NCBI GenBank assembly: GCA_964106915.2
Contig: OZ066914.1
DNA length: 64,000 nucleotides
Source: Podarcis gaigeae
Taxonomy: Eukaryota
Strand: one strand, 5' to 3'
The position numbers were made by a program, and so were the translations under genes. Below the pieces are notes generated by a model, which ran no database searches, was not told the DNA's origin, and was given only the letters and a program-made list of their open reading frames with translations. Of this stretch, positions 1 through 13,014 are shown piece after piece. Each line of letters opens with the position of its first letter. Positions within the stretch are counted from its first letter, which is position 1.

Positions 1-185
1 GCACTCCACACACCAAGGAGTGGCGCGATGACAATTCCCCCCCCCGAGCGCCACCCTCTGTCCCCGGCCAGAGAGAAACGAGCGCAGCCATTGAAGGACT
101 GTGCCCTGGATCCCCACGTCGGCAGCTGATAAGTTCAATGATGACGATGATGAAATATTTTCCCTTTTCTTTCCTTTAAAACCAG

Positions 186-446
186 CTATCTTGATAACAT
201 CCATGCTGAAGGACATCAACGCAGAAGAGAAAGATACAATAACCTTTGAAGTGACTGTTAATTATGAAGGCATTACGTACAAATGGTTGAAGAATGGCGT
301 GGAAATAAAATCAACGGACCGGTGCCAGATTAGAACTAAGAAACTTACACATTCACTTTCGATAAGAAATGTGCATTTTGGAGATGCTGCGGAATACAGT
401 TTTGTTGCTGGGAAAGCTGCTTCATCTGCAACTTTATATGTGGAAG
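186..446 (+). CDS. TTN: Titin exon 38 (proximal I-band Ig)
   Basis: accag|CT...GAAG|gtatta; 261 nt; ILITSMLKDINAEEKDTITFEVTVNYEG...ATLYVE is near-identical to recalled human titin. Confidence 0.95.
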
Positions 447-1271
447 GTATTAAGTTTTCTTCCATCTGTTTTAGCTCTTTAGCACTAAATTGAAGCAAAC
501 ATCAATCCAGAGCAGTGTGGATGAGCCGTTACAGTAACAGATCCACTACTGAACTGGTTTGGATAATCCCAAACCGACATGTGACCTAGCCTTTTTGGAA
601 TGCATGTAGCCCCTTCACTCCTTCCTTTGCATGAGCTGCAGTTATACCAGGAAGCCTCTAATTAAGCAGATTTTCTTTTTTTGAAATGATATTAAAAAAA
701 CTTCACGCCATAGTTTAATACCCTGGTTTGTTCCAAAGGTGGTAGTCATAGCTTCCCAGTTTGGACAAACCAGAAAACTGTGGTTAATTGAAAACTTACT
801 GGCTTATTTTCTTGCACCAGAAATAGGAGTGAAGGAGCTATATGCACATGCTAAAGACTCGTTCATATCTCAGCTTATTAATAAATTAACTTTTTGCCTA
901 TGCTCACCAAGCTATGACTGTCCAAATGTGGCTGAAATTGCTAATGATACGACAGGCTGAACTGGTTAAGTGACTTAAGAAATGCTTAAAGAAACCCATT
1001 TTCTTTAATCTTACTGCTATGCCTTAATTGTTTTCTTTTGTTGAAATTACTCTACCTGCTTCTTATTTTGTTTCTTGTTATTTTAATTTCAATACAAAAT
1101 GTTTTGCCGTGCTTTGTAAATGTGCATATTAACAAACAGGGAATTGTTGTTAGCTAATTATTGTTGCGCTCTGATGTGGAAAGGAGGAGTATAAATTAAG
1201 CAATTATTAATCGTCTGGGACTATAAAGTGGCTCATAATGCCAATATCTCTCATGGTTTGTTTTTTTCTAG

Positions 1272-1413
1272 CTCGCCACATTGAGTTTAGAAAGCACATC
1301 AAAGACATAAAAGTTGTGGAGAAGAAAAAAGCTGTTTTTGAATGTGAGATCTCAGAACCTGACATTTCTGTTCAGTGGATGAAAGATGGACAGGAGCTTC
1401 AGCTTGAAGACAG
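1272..1413 (+). CDS. TTN: Titin exon 39
   Basis: ttctag|CT...CAG|gtaatt; 142 nt; ARHIEFRKHIKDIKVVEKKKAVFECEISEPDISVQWMKDG. Confidence 0.95.
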
Positions 1414-1713
1414 GTAATTTGTGTTGTTGTTTATTTTTAAAAAATGAATATAAAGAAAAGTTGAAGTTTTGACCTGGGAGCTGCTGCTGCTTGTGACAAG
1501 CATTCAGGACATGGATCGTGAATTCAAATGTTACTTAGCAACATTGGCTAGTCATTGTACTAGCCATATCAACTTGCCATATGACAACTTTCAGACACAA
1601 CAGAACTTATTGGGCTAGAGAGAAGGCTTTGAGAGAAGATACCATATACATATAGTTATTGATATGTTAAGAGACCACACTTTCTAAGTTTAATTTCCTT
1701 GCATTATTTTTAG

Positions 1714-1879
1714 GATAAAAGTTCAGAGAGAACGGTTCGTTCATCGCCTCCTGATTACTACCACAAAGATGTCTGATTCCGGGAAGTACACGGTAGTGGC
1801 AGGAGGAAATATGTCCAGCGCTAATTTGGTAGTGGAAGGGCGTGATGTTCGCATCAGGAGCCTTCAAAAAACCGTCCAG
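1714..1879 (+). CDS. TTN: Titin exon 40
   Basis: tttag|G...CAG|gtatag; 166 nt; IKVQRERFVHRLLITTTKMSDSGKYTVVAGGNMSSANLVVEGRDVRIRSLQKTVQ; phases fit both neighbours. Confidence 0.95.
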
Positions 1880-2893
1880 GTATAGTACTTCCTATTGTTT
1901 TGATGACCAATATAGCCGACCTGCCCCTGATCACTGAAACGTCAGTTTCTCAAATAGATTTTCCAAACTCGGTGCCAAAAATCTGTGGAGAAACTTCGGT
2001 TCCACCAAACAATAATGTTCATGTGTTAATTATAAAAAAGAAACAAACAACCATACTAACTTGTAGAAGCATTTTGCTCAAAGATCCTCCCAGATCTCAG
2101 TTAGAAAAAATACTGAATTCCCCATTGTGAAAATGTAAGCAAAATCAGATGCCAAAGAAGGCACACAGCCATGTGGAGGAGCATTGCTCTCATGGACTGA
2201 GCGCTTCTTAAAGTGAACAATGATCTTTCTCTTCAGCAGTTGGAACAAAACTCTGTGCACAGGGCCCTCTCACACGTATTCATGTCCCCTTAGATATTTT
2301 TTAACACACCCCAAAATACAAAATATAAAACTATATTTCCCTCCTAACTTAATTTAAATCAGTTAATGTCAACGCATACAAGAAAACTTTATAGTTCCCT
2401 TTAAGAATTCTTCAACCCCCCGGCAAAATTATGAGAACCATCTTATTTTCCCAAGTGCACACTGCGTTGATCTGATATTATTCCTTCACTGGTGTCTAGA
2501 GAAGTGAAGACTGTAGTATAGGGACAACTGATCATTTTGTTGGCAGATCTCACCCAGATCTGGAGTTGCTTATACATTGTGATGTGCTTCCCCACTTATT
2601 TTGAAAAGTTATTCATCTTGTAAACTATGAGAAAAAAGATCAGCTGCAAAAATAGTCTGTTAAGGTTCAAGGGCTTCTGCTTGGTGATTTCAAGGGGCTT
2701 AGGAATGTTGAGTGCCAATTGAAAAATTGGAAAAAAGGAAGGCACAAACAAACAAATGAACAAATGAAAAGCGGTGTGTGTGGAATTGACCTACTTGAGC
2801 TCCCAAGGACTTGCAGTAGCTTGGGAATAGCATGGCAGGCCAGCACCCCACAAGGTAAAAAAAATCCCCCTGAACAAGGCTGCAAGACTGCTA

Positions 2894-3248
2894 AAAAAGG
2901 ACCCCTGACCGTCAGGTCCAGTCGTGACCGACTCTGGCGTTGCGCACTCATCTCGCTCTATAGGCCGAGGGAGCCGGCGTTTGTCCGCAGACAGCTTCCG
3001 GGTCATGTGGCCAGCATGACTAAGCCGCTTCTGGTGAACCAGAGCAGCGCATGGAAACACTGTTTACCTTCCTGCTGGAGCGGTACCTATTTATCTACTT
3101 GCACTTTGATGTGCTTTCGAACTGCTAGGTTGGCAGGAGCAGGGACCGAGCAATGGAAGCTCACCCCATCGCGGGGATTTGAACCGCTGACCTTCTGATC
3201 GGCAAGTCCTAGGCTCTGTGGTTTAACCCACAGCGCCACCCGTGTCCC
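2894..3248 (-). mobile_element. Full-length Sauria SINE (lacertid type)
   Basis: Reverse strand reads GGGACACGGGTGGCGCTGTGGGTTAAACCACAGAGCCTAGGACTTGCCGATCAGAAGGTCAGCGGTTCAAATCCCCGCG...; 13-bp TSD TGCAAGACTGCTA at 2881-2893 and 3249-3261; family recognised from memory. Confidence 0.9.
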
Positions 3249-3523
3249 TGCAAGACTGCTACTACAGTCCTAAACAAGGGTACACTTATTAGGGTTGGGG
3301 GGTGTAACACAACCCATTCTTGTGGGTCCCTATTTTTGTTCATACAAATGGGAAATGATAGGTGATATATGTAACTACATCTATACAGTCCTTTTTTTAA
3401 AAAAAAATCACTGGTGTTTTGTTTGCACATTTTTGTTTGTATCACAGATTTATTTTGTATTGTTTGATGAATAGAATAGACTAACAGAAATGGGGGAAAT
3501 AATTAGTGTCTGCTTATTGACAG

Positions 3524-3755
3524 GTCATTGAGAAACAGCGAGCCGTGGTAGAGTTTGAGGTCAATGAAGACGACGTTGAGACTCGCTGGTATAAGGATGG
3601 AATTGAGATCAACTTCCACATTGAGGAGAGATATCACTATGTGGTGGAAAGAAAAGTCCATCGGATGACAATCACTGAAACTAGATATACAGATGCTGGA
3701 GAATACACCATCTTAGCTGGAAGAAACAGGAGTTCCATCACTCTCCATGTGAACG
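3524..3755 (+). CDS. TTN: Titin exon 41
   Basis: gacag|GTC...AACG|gtgtgt; 232 nt; VIEKQRAVVEFEVNEDDVETRWYKDG. Confidence 0.95.
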
Positions 3756-4039
3756 GTGTGTATACAGATTTATCTTGCTTTTTATTGGAATACTAATTAA
3801 TATAAGAAGCTACATTAGCAGTCTCCACAAACACACTTGCCAATGCTGAAGTTCAGCATGACATTGCAGTCAATGACAAGCAAAAGAAATGGCTGACTTT
3901 CAAGGCCATCCAAGATTTGTGTTCTGCATTATATCGCTTTCTCTTTTTTTGCGCTTCTTATTTTCTTTTGAACTATTTCAAGCTGCACTTTTCAGCAACA
4001 GTACGCAAGTAGTTAAGGTTCAGTCCTGTGTTGTCAAAT

Positions 4040-4151
4040 GCAGGGAACGTCTGGCCCTCCATATGCTGTTGGACTCTCATCAGCCGAACCAGCACGGCCA
4101 ATTAGGGATGATAGCCATTGTAGTCTAGCCACATCTGATTTCCTACCCCTG
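4040..4151. mobile_element. Degenerate hAT-type MITE
   Basis: cagggaac..ggccctccatatgctgttggactc..gtagtc..acatctg..cccctg resembles the copies at 38804-39191; ends approximate. Confidence 0.45.
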
Positions 4152-4888
4152 CTATACACACTTTTAGGGCAGTAAATCCAATTGGACTCTGAGCAGACAT
4201 CCATAGGCTTGCACTGCTTGTGATTAGCTATTTGTTAAGCTGTATCCTTCTGCATGTACCTGGTCATCTTGATCAGACAAGTTTATTTTTCTTAGAGGTG
4301 TCTACACTTCAGCCCTAATCTGAGATATAAAAATGATTATTTTCTAGTATTCACCATTACTTTATAGCACCGCACCGCCCCCATTTATCATTGGAACAAC
4401 CCCAGATTAAGGCTAAACTGCAAGTTAGGCCTGACTAGCAACACTCAGGGGAGAAAAGTGTAATGAAGTCTTTCAAGGACCATATTATTTCATGTTTGTG
4501 GTGGGACATTATGGGTTTGAATGCTCCAGCCACTGAAAACCATTGTGTCAGGGAAAGCTTTCTAGCCTAGTCGCCGTCCTGATGTGCTAGTTTCCTACAG
4601 CCAAGAAGTTGTTGATTTAATATGACAGAGGTTTCAAACATGCTATCTCCCATCACAGTACCTGTGGCTAATTTGTTCATGTGCAAATCAACCCTTTGCC
4701 TGTTGCCCAACATCTCTTTGTTGAGCTACAGCTAGCAACTGGTCCTCTCTCTTCCAGATCTAGTTACCTTGCATTACGTGTCACATAAATGCTGAAAAAC
4801 CTGCATGCAATCATAGGAAGGAAGGAATGGAATCTATCTTTCTAGAAATTAGTTGCATTATTATGTATATATATATTTTTAATTATAG

Positions 4889-5173
4889 CTCCAGAGCCAC
4901 CGCAGATTGAGAAGGAGCTTCAGCCAGCCACTGTGGAGTCTGGAAAGCCAGCCCGCTTCTGTGCTGTTGTGTCAGGAAAGCCGCAGCCCAAGATCTCATG
5001 GTACAAAGATGAACAGCCTCTTTCTTCAGGCTTTAAGGTCAAATTTCTTCATGATGCCCAAGAATACACTCTGTTGCTGATTGAGACTTTCCCAGAAGAC
5101 GCTGCCGTCTACACGATTGAAGCGAAGAATGACTATGGAGTCGCTACTTCTTCTGCGTCCCTTTCTGTGGAAG
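4889..5173 (+). CDS. TTN: Titin exon 42 (GC donor)
   Basis: ttatag|CT...GAAG|gcaagc; 285 nt; [30 protein letters not shown]...ASLSVE. Confidence 0.93.
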
Positions 5174-5282
5174 GCAAGCTCTCCCAGCAATCTCGAGCAT
5201 TTTTGAAACTGGCATTGTCAATATTTTGCACTGTGTGCTCTTCCATGGAGGCTAATAATCACTCTTTGATCTTTTTCCTTAG

Positions 5283-5408
5283 TCCCAGAAGTTGTTTCTC
5301 CTGATGTAGAAGTGCCAATTTACCCACCTACTATTATCGCACCACTCCGCGATGCTATTACTTCTGAGGGACAGTCTGCTTGCTTTCAGTGCAGAGTTAC
5401 AGGGACAG
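5283..5408 (+). CDS. TTN: Titin exon 43
   Basis: ccttag|TC...ACAG|gttagt; 126 nt; [42 protein letters not shown]. Confidence 0.95.
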
Positions 5409-6607
5409 GTTAGTTTAACCAAGTCATAAAACACTTTTGTACTCCTTGTTCGACCCGGTGCACTTAGTAGGTTAAAAAACAGCAACAAGCAAACAAACCA
5501 GTTACTGAAGCCAGGCTTCCCTATTGCCATGTAGATTCAGTTGTGTGTATACAATAACCTAACTTGTCTTATACTGACCGAGAGGTCCCATTACCAGGGA
5601 CTCCATTTTGCAGTGCTAAACATTAAAATGGTAGGCACAGTTGTAATCATCCTTACACTTTTAATTCAAAGTGGCATTTTGCCACACTCTCCTAGGTTTC
5701 AAATGAGCCTGAAAAATGAACAAAGCCTTGGATGTCAGCTTCTGACACAACTTTGCCGTGGAAAGAATGGATCTTCACTGAGCATCAATCCTCACTTTAC
5801 TTTTTGCACTTGGGTACATGTACTTGAGTAGAAATTCATGTGCATTTAAGTATGTAGGTTGAATTAGGAAGAAGATAATTAGGATTGTGTCCTTTAATCA
5901 TTTAAAAAAATCCCAAAAGGAATTCTCAGTAAAGGATCATGTGCTTTTCCTAGCAGACACATGCAATATTTTTTTTTAAAAGGAGAGACATACACTTCAT
6001 ATGTCTCTCATTTTTCTGGGAATATATATATAACAAGAAAGGCAATACATGACTAGGAAAGTTGCTTGAAAAGGAATGTGGAAGAAAGATTAGAACCTAT
6101 CCAAAATATTACTTGCAATCCATTCTGACCTCTCAACTTCATAATACTTCAGTGTCAGATGTGAATTTTGCACTTAGTTACACATACCTGAGTACCAAAA
6201 GTAAAGTGAGAATCAGCCCATGCTTCAGACATTTTATGGCTAAAAGTATTTATGTTACTCCTGCCCTGTCCACCATATTTCATGGAATCCAAGGATCAGC
6301 TAAACCAGCTCTGAAACCGAACCATTGATAACCAGTACCCCCAGTAAACCATGTATCTAACTGCAGAATGATCTCTTCATATATGCAAAAGACTTGGGCA
6401 AATTAAAATCACGTATGCTCCAATATCTTGCTGGTGTGAGATCCCTAATATGTACACAGAACTCCTTATAAAAGAGCTACTATAGGAACAAAGAACTATG
6501 AATGGAGGGGACAGTTCATCTGAGAGTCCATAGACCTCTTGATCCACAGTCCTGGGTCACCAGCAGTTCTGATCAGTTTGACTGTTTGCCTATAGTTACA
6601 GATATAT

Positions 6608-6644
6608 GGAGGGAGGGAGGGAGGGAGGGAGGGAGGGAGGGAGG

Positions 6645-6681
<37 letters not shown>

Positions 6682-6694
6682 AGGGAGAGAGAGA
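6608..6694. repeat. (GGGA)n/(GA)n polypurine microsatellite
   Basis: Directly visible. Confidence 0.95.
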
Positions 6695-7189
6695 ATTTGA
6701 GCAGTCTAGATATCTGGGTAAATGCCCCCCTAGCCGCCAAAACACTGAGCTTTATATAATTCTAAGAGAAGAATGAAGTGCCACGTCATAATTTTAAAAC
6801 CATCAGTATTGCCACAATAGTTCAACTTGCATATAAAAACACTCATTATAGTTCTTTTAATTCCCCCAGTGAACTTACTGAAACTCACACAATACTTCCC
6901 TTTTGCATATTCTAAAATTTGGATTAGATAGTTATACTTAAAGATTATACTTATACTTATAGATTTTAATATGACGCACATAAAAATCCAAATGGACAAT
7001 TCGCTTTTAAATTAGATAAATACAGACATGTACTCGAAATGAGATATTATCCCTAGGAAAACAATTCGTGAACGTATGATCCATTTGCACGATGGGTGTA
7101 TCGGTGATGAACTGAGGATCCCAAAAAGGGCTCAAAAAGTTCTCTTCCCCCACCTGCCCTGCTCCAGCCTGCACATGCACAAAATGACA

Positions 7190-7310
7190 GGGATGGGGTA
7201 CCTGTGGCCTTTTGGACTCCAACTCCCATCAGCCCCAGCCAACATGGCCTGTGGTCAGGGATGGTGAGAAGTGGAACCCAACAACATCTGGAGGGGCACC
7301 GTTTCCCTCA
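7190..7310. mobile_element. hAT-type MITE (ggactacaactcccatc family)
   Basis: gggatggggtacctgtggcc..ggactccaactcccatcagccccagcc..caacatctggagggg; similar to copies at 29095 and 38804; ends approximate. Confidence 0.55.
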
Positions 7311-8589
7311 TTCTTGCTTTGAGAGTTACACATACGCCAAGCAGAAACGAGTTGCACTGTGCAGGGGGCAGAAAGAGGGAAGGTGGCTTGGGGATGAAGA
7401 AGGCATGCACAGACTACTCATTTCCCCCAGACATAACAACTATGCTGCCTCTCCATGTGCCCATGTTGATATGTAGGTGGGATATACGGGTAAAGAGAGG
7501 AACTTCCAGGCATTGGTTGGCGCTACACTCATGGTGCATATGGATCGTGTCCCTAACTACAAAAAGAAAATTCTGATAGGACTTTTAAAAACATGTCATC
7601 ATAAAAAGCATGTAGGAGTTTACACTGAAAATATTGGCAAATTTTGAGCTGTGCAAAAGCATGTCAGAATGATTTATGTATATATACATATATATGCTCA
7701 TATGGGTATATATATCATTTTGATGTGCATGTTGAAAGCTACAGCATTTCTATATGTATATATTTGTGGAACCAGAGCATGGGGAATTGTTCTTGGGAAC
7801 GCCCGCTCTCTTTGTATTGTTCATGAATGTTTCTGCATATGACTCAGTACAGCATGAAATTATCCTTAGAATAGTTCTTTGTCATGGCCCAGGTCAAACC
7901 TGCTCATGTGCTCCTCCACTGCCCCCAAATATCCAAAGCTGCCAGTTTCCAGAATAGTATTGTTCATTTTTCATGCTCACTGAAATTCTGGATGAAAAAG
8001 AAGGAGAACAAAAGTTTGAGGTTCACTAGGTGTACACGGAGGATAGAACTACACGTGATGCTCAACATGGGACTGCCACCAACAGTGACCTGTGTCTTCC
8101 CCTGCCTTTCCCTGAAATATTTTAATCAGACTTCCTATGCCATTTCCCTGGCTCCACATCATTGGCTGTTGCTTGCAGGGGTAAGGGAACACCAGGTGGG
8201 GAGAAGTGGATTTCCCAAAATCAGTGAGAATATTGCTCAAAATTGGCATCAATCCTGGTACCACTTCTCCACCAGCTGTTGAAGGCGGCAGGGTGGGTGG
8301 CACAGGGGGCAGCGGGAAACAACATGGATTGGTCTAACTGTGCATTCTTAGGCTTCACTTTTCAGAAATCAGTCCTGTTGAATTCACTAGGACTTGTTTC
8401 CAGAATACTGTGTATTGCAGCCTAAACATTACAGTGGAGGGGGAAGAACTCAGTGCAGTGTTGCCATATCAAGTATCTCTTTAGTTCTGATCTCCCAACT
8501 TGTTCACCAGTTTGCTCCCCAAGAGTGAAACTAGAAACCTTACATGTATATCTCTCTCTTTTTTATTTTGTTTCTTTTCACTTGAGCAG

Positions 8590-8778
8590 ACCTCAAAGTA
8601 GCTTGGTATAGCAAAGACAAAGAGATCAAGCCATCCCGCTTCTTTAGGATGACTCAGTTTGAAGACACTTTCCAGCTTGAGATTGCAGAAGCATACCCAG
8701 AGGATGAAGGAATTTACACCTTTGTCGCAGGCAATTCTGTTGGCCAGGTGTCAAGTATGGCTGCACTGAAGCTGGAAG
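8590..8778 (+). CDS. TTN: Titin exon 44
   Basis: gagcag|AC...GAAG|gtacag; 189 nt; DLKVAWYSKDKEIKPSRFFRMTQFEDTFQLEIAEAYPEDEG. Confidence 0.95.
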
Positions 8779-10191
8779 GTACAGAGTGCTGTCTAAATAG
8801 ACACTGTGTAAATTTGCATGTGTTTTAACATTAATATATCTTTATATATATCTTTAAAACTATGTGTAATTGTCTGTCATGTCAGTGTCTTATAACTCAA
8901 ATAACCAACCCCATTGTCTGATGTCGATAGCGCCCATCTGGTCTCCGCAGTATAAATTCTGCAGAGTATCATTTCACGTTGTTCCAGTGTTCCATAGTTT
9001 TCATCTTTCCATTCTGTTTCCAATGAGTATCCAGCACGCACCAAAGATAAACGAATAAATAAACCCTCTCTGACATAACCAGATTCCCAGAATTTATTTG
9101 TCATGCCAAATCACATTTCTGTTGAAAGGAAGTGAAGGCGTGTATCTAAAGAACTGTGCGATATAACTCAATACAGACAATGGGGGTTTAGGTTTAGGTT
9201 TGTCAAACAGGAGCACTCCCAGTCCCATGTTGTGTGGCAAACCAATTCCGAGACTGAGGTCAGAAGGATACCTATTGGCTGGCAATGCTAAAAAGCAGTG
9301 TCCCAGAGTCTCCTCTTCCTCCTTTTTTGTATCTTGCAATACAAAAATGTGTGATGTGCTGATTGTTATTTCCGCCTGTTTACAAGTGGGAAGCTCATCA
9401 CAAAATGAGGCCACGTCACATGGTTTTTACATTAATACATGCTAAAAGGAAACAAAGAGAAGATGTAGAGCTGGGATGGCTGCAGCCACCATGCATGTGC
9501 CATAATATCTAGTTCTAGTTTTGCGAGGCATGAGGGTGCTTAAAAAGCAAATTGTGATATGGCATGTGGATGATGAGCGAATCTGTTTATTTTCTGTCCA
9601 TGTCACTTTCACACATGACTCCGTCCCATTTCCACATTAATTAAACGACATTAAATAATTAGGCATCGCTAATGTTGGCGAAATTGCATTTATGTATGAA
9701 AAAGAAGAGCACCTTACACTGAAATTAGAAATGAATGCCCCGTTGAAAAGAAATGTCTAACCTCCTTACCATTCCAACACCTGCTGAAACACAAGGGGGA
9801 AGCCCAGAACCTGCAATACAATATTGATTTTGTTGCTGTTTTTCAGGGTAATATATCTAGAATGATTTGAAATGCCTGTAGCAGGCATTAAAATCATTGG
9901 GATTTAATTGACTTGCATCATGCCAATTCAAATGTGAATATTTGTCAGAGGAAACAAATATTCAGATACGTGACACGAAGAGCATTTATACATTTAAACT
10001 CAGCTGGTTTTCAAATGTTTTGCTTTCCACTCTGCTTGTACCCAGAGCCTAAACATTGTCACTTAGGAAAAGGAAGAGTGTGATGCTATAAGAATGTGTT
10101 TGTAAATAAAGAGAAAGGGCATGTAGGGCGGCTAGAGAAAATTGACTGGTGTGCAGGGTAAGAAATTAAAAGTTGACATGCTTCTTTTCAG

Positions 10192-10563
10192 GCTTTAAGG
10201 TTGAAGAAGTTACCTCACATTCCCAAAGGCATGTTTCTTCATCTTTCTCCATTAAGAAGGACCCCGTTGCCCAAAGGCCCAACTTTATCCAGCCCATCTC
10301 AAGCTGCAGCGTATGCAGGGGGGAAACAGTCAGATTCCAGGCCAGGGTTTCCGCCATGCCGAAACCAGAAATCCTCTGGTTTCATAATCAACAGCTAATG
10401 TTGCCAACCAAAGGCGTAGTTTTCCATTTTGATGAGTCGACAGGCACAGCCACATTGATAATAGTAGATGCTTTCTCAGAAAATGCCGGGCAGTACTCTT
10501 GCAAAGCCAGAAATAGTGCTGGAGATGCAACTTGCATGGCTACACTTACAGTGACTGCTGAAG
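10192..10563 (+). CDS. TTN: Titin Novex-1 exon (45), one Ig
   Basis: tttcag|GC...GAAG|gtaaag; 372 nt, phase 1-1; GETVRFQARVSAMPKPEILWFHNQQLMLPTKGVVFHFDESTG matches recalled human Novex-1. Confidence 0.9.
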
Positions 10564-11239
10564 GTAAAGCCCCGCTTTTGTTCCTAGGGAATTCTGTTTG
10601 TTGCATAAACCACACTTTTTTTCTACACTGTGACTAATGACCTTCTCTTCTTCCTCGTTTCACACTTTTAAATTTTATTTTTAGAACTAGCAGTGCCGTC
10701 ACTAATGTCAGTAGTCCTAGCGGTAACCAAATAAACCACTCTCGTTTCCTGTACTTTCAAAGTGTCGTGTCATTTAGAACTTGCATCCTGGTCTATTGCT
10801 CAGATAATACACCTGTTTTTTGGTAGACTAAACACATGCACACACTTCAAGGCAGTGAGTTGTTGGCAGTTGGTAGCATTCTCCGACGTTTGCTCTACTC
10901 GGTTTTTAAAGGGAAAGAAGGGATATTGTTAGGGTATCAAAAAAAAAAAAAAAACCTTCAAATTGCCATGGACAACTGCAGTGGAAAGAAGAGTCAAATA
11001 ATTACCACATATTACCAGCATGAGCATATTTCATTTTTTCCCATCCATCATTGTGGCTGTTCTTTTCTGTAAAATATTTGCTGCCTCCTGAGGGCACCTT
11101 TAATGAATGCAGCTGGCATGCAAGGCTTTCAAACGAAGACATTTCATTCTTATCATCTATGGCTTAGCGTTTTGCTTTTAACGTGGCCCACTGCAGTGCA
11201 TTAGATATTAATCATATGTTTTGTTACTTGATTACACAG

Positions 11240-11818
11240 TGCAAGCCTTAGATAGGCTAAGTTCTGGGAAAGATGTAAAAGAGTCTATCCAGGCAAAATC
11301 AGAAGTGCATATTGCTTCCCCCTTTGCAAAGAAGGAAACTCAAGTGTATGTAAAAGAAATTAAGTCCAAGCAGGAGGCGTCACGGGAAATGGTTGTGCAG
11401 GCCTTTGAACACCTTTCTGGAACTTCTACTGTGAAAGCTGAGATTGGGAAGGAAGGAGAAAGCTTCAGTGCCACAGCCATTACTCAGAAGTCAGAAAGCG
11501 CCACGGTATCTGCAACCTCCATTCAAGTGCTGAGAGAGGCGCCCCCAAAGATTCTTCTGAAACTTCATGATCTCACTGTGAGATGCGGCGATACTGCTCA
11601 GTTTATGTGCGCTTTGGAAAGCGAAAACTTCTCGGAGGTTTTGTGGTCCCACGAGGGAGAAACGTTACAGGAATCTGAACGAATAAGGCTGTCACAAAAT
11701 GGAAGCGTTCTCTTCCTCACTATAAGCAATGTCCAGCTTTTAGATCAAGGACTGTACAGCTGTACTGTTCGTAACGACTATGGAGAAGTAACAACAACTG
11801 CTATACTAACCGTAGAAG
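11240..11818 (+). CDS. TTN: Titin Novex-2 exon (46), linker plus Ig
   Basis: acacag|TG...GAAG|gtggtt; 579 nt, phase 1-1; VQALDRLSSGKDVKES and CGDTAQF...DQGLYSC match recalled human Novex-2. Confidence 0.9.
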
Positions 11819-13014
11819 GTGGTTATCTGATTTTTAACATTATGTGATGTTACTTCATTTCATCCTCATCATCACTGCCTATAGCTCCTGTGCTAGTATT
11901 TAATTTAGAATTACAGTTTTGAGTTCCATTTCCCCCAACCCTCTACATTTCGGGCTCTATTCATAAAGTAACCACATGCACAGGTACTCTGTGTGATTTG
12001 CTAGTAAAGTAGGAACCATACCTTTCCCTGGCAAGTTACAGAGGTATCGGGTTCATCTCCAAAAGCAAGGACTAGTCAATTTGCAGTGAAATACTGAAGC
12101 AATTTGGAAGTTTCCTATAGGATCAAAGAGAAGTACAAGAAGTTGTTTACAATTATTTCTCCTTTACTGGCTGTTAATTTTTGTGAAAGCTTTTTTTAAA
12201 AAACAACAACAGCTATGTAGTCTAACTTTTAATTTTGGCTATTCTAGTTTACAAAGGGTTTTATGCAGATATTGACTGCCATTAACAGAACCATTCTCTG
12301 AATGCCCTTTTCCACCCATACCAGTTTTCTTTTAAAATTGGAATTTTGCATCTTTTTTTCATTCTTTTATTGACCACAACAATTTGTTACGGTTAAGGCA
12401 AAGAAACTCCCACATGTCATGTGCCTTGCTTTTCCTTGTCCAACACCAGATGATGAAGGTGCCACAAATGTTTTTACCTATAGTCCTCTCTTGTGTTTAA
12501 GCAATGAAGACTAAGAATTGACTTTTGGTTTTCTTCTCATGGCATGGAAATAGCTGCACGATTAGCACACAGAAGAGTAGGAACAACAACTTGAACCCCA
12601 AACAGTGCCAAATATCCTGCTTTTACAAACTGGTGGATTTCCTGACTTTTCTACACATCACTGAAAAGCATTGCAGCTGCAGCTGCCTTGTAGGCTATGC
12701 AGAAGAAGCCTTGACTAAAACTGAAGATGTCCTTGTAAAAATTACTGTGGGCCAATCCTATTTCCTCTGATGTCAGTGACGCAAATCCTGTGGATCTAAT
12801 TGCACCTTCTATTTAACCTGGCATGAATAGAGCCCTTAAATGTGGAACAGGATAGTATAAAAGACTGAAAATTCAATTGTTTTTTGCACTAACACGCTGA
12901 ACATTCCTTTTACCATACTAATGGCTTTTATATACATATATAATTGCTGAGTATAGATTTTTTTTTTTTTTGCTGCAAAACATCTAATCTTATCCTAACT
13001 TTATTCTTGCCTAG

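Noticed and set aside
2667-3198. ORFs of 89-159 aa in intron 40
   Set aside because: They lie over the Sauria SINE and have no protein-like features.
3150-3248. tRNA gene candidates (also 52920-52988)
   Set aside because: They are tRNA-derived SINE heads with A/B boxes attached to SINE bodies, and no full cloverleaf is evident.
6502-6759. GGRE/RE-repeat ORF
   Set aside because: It is a translation of the (GGGA)n/(GA)n microsatellite.
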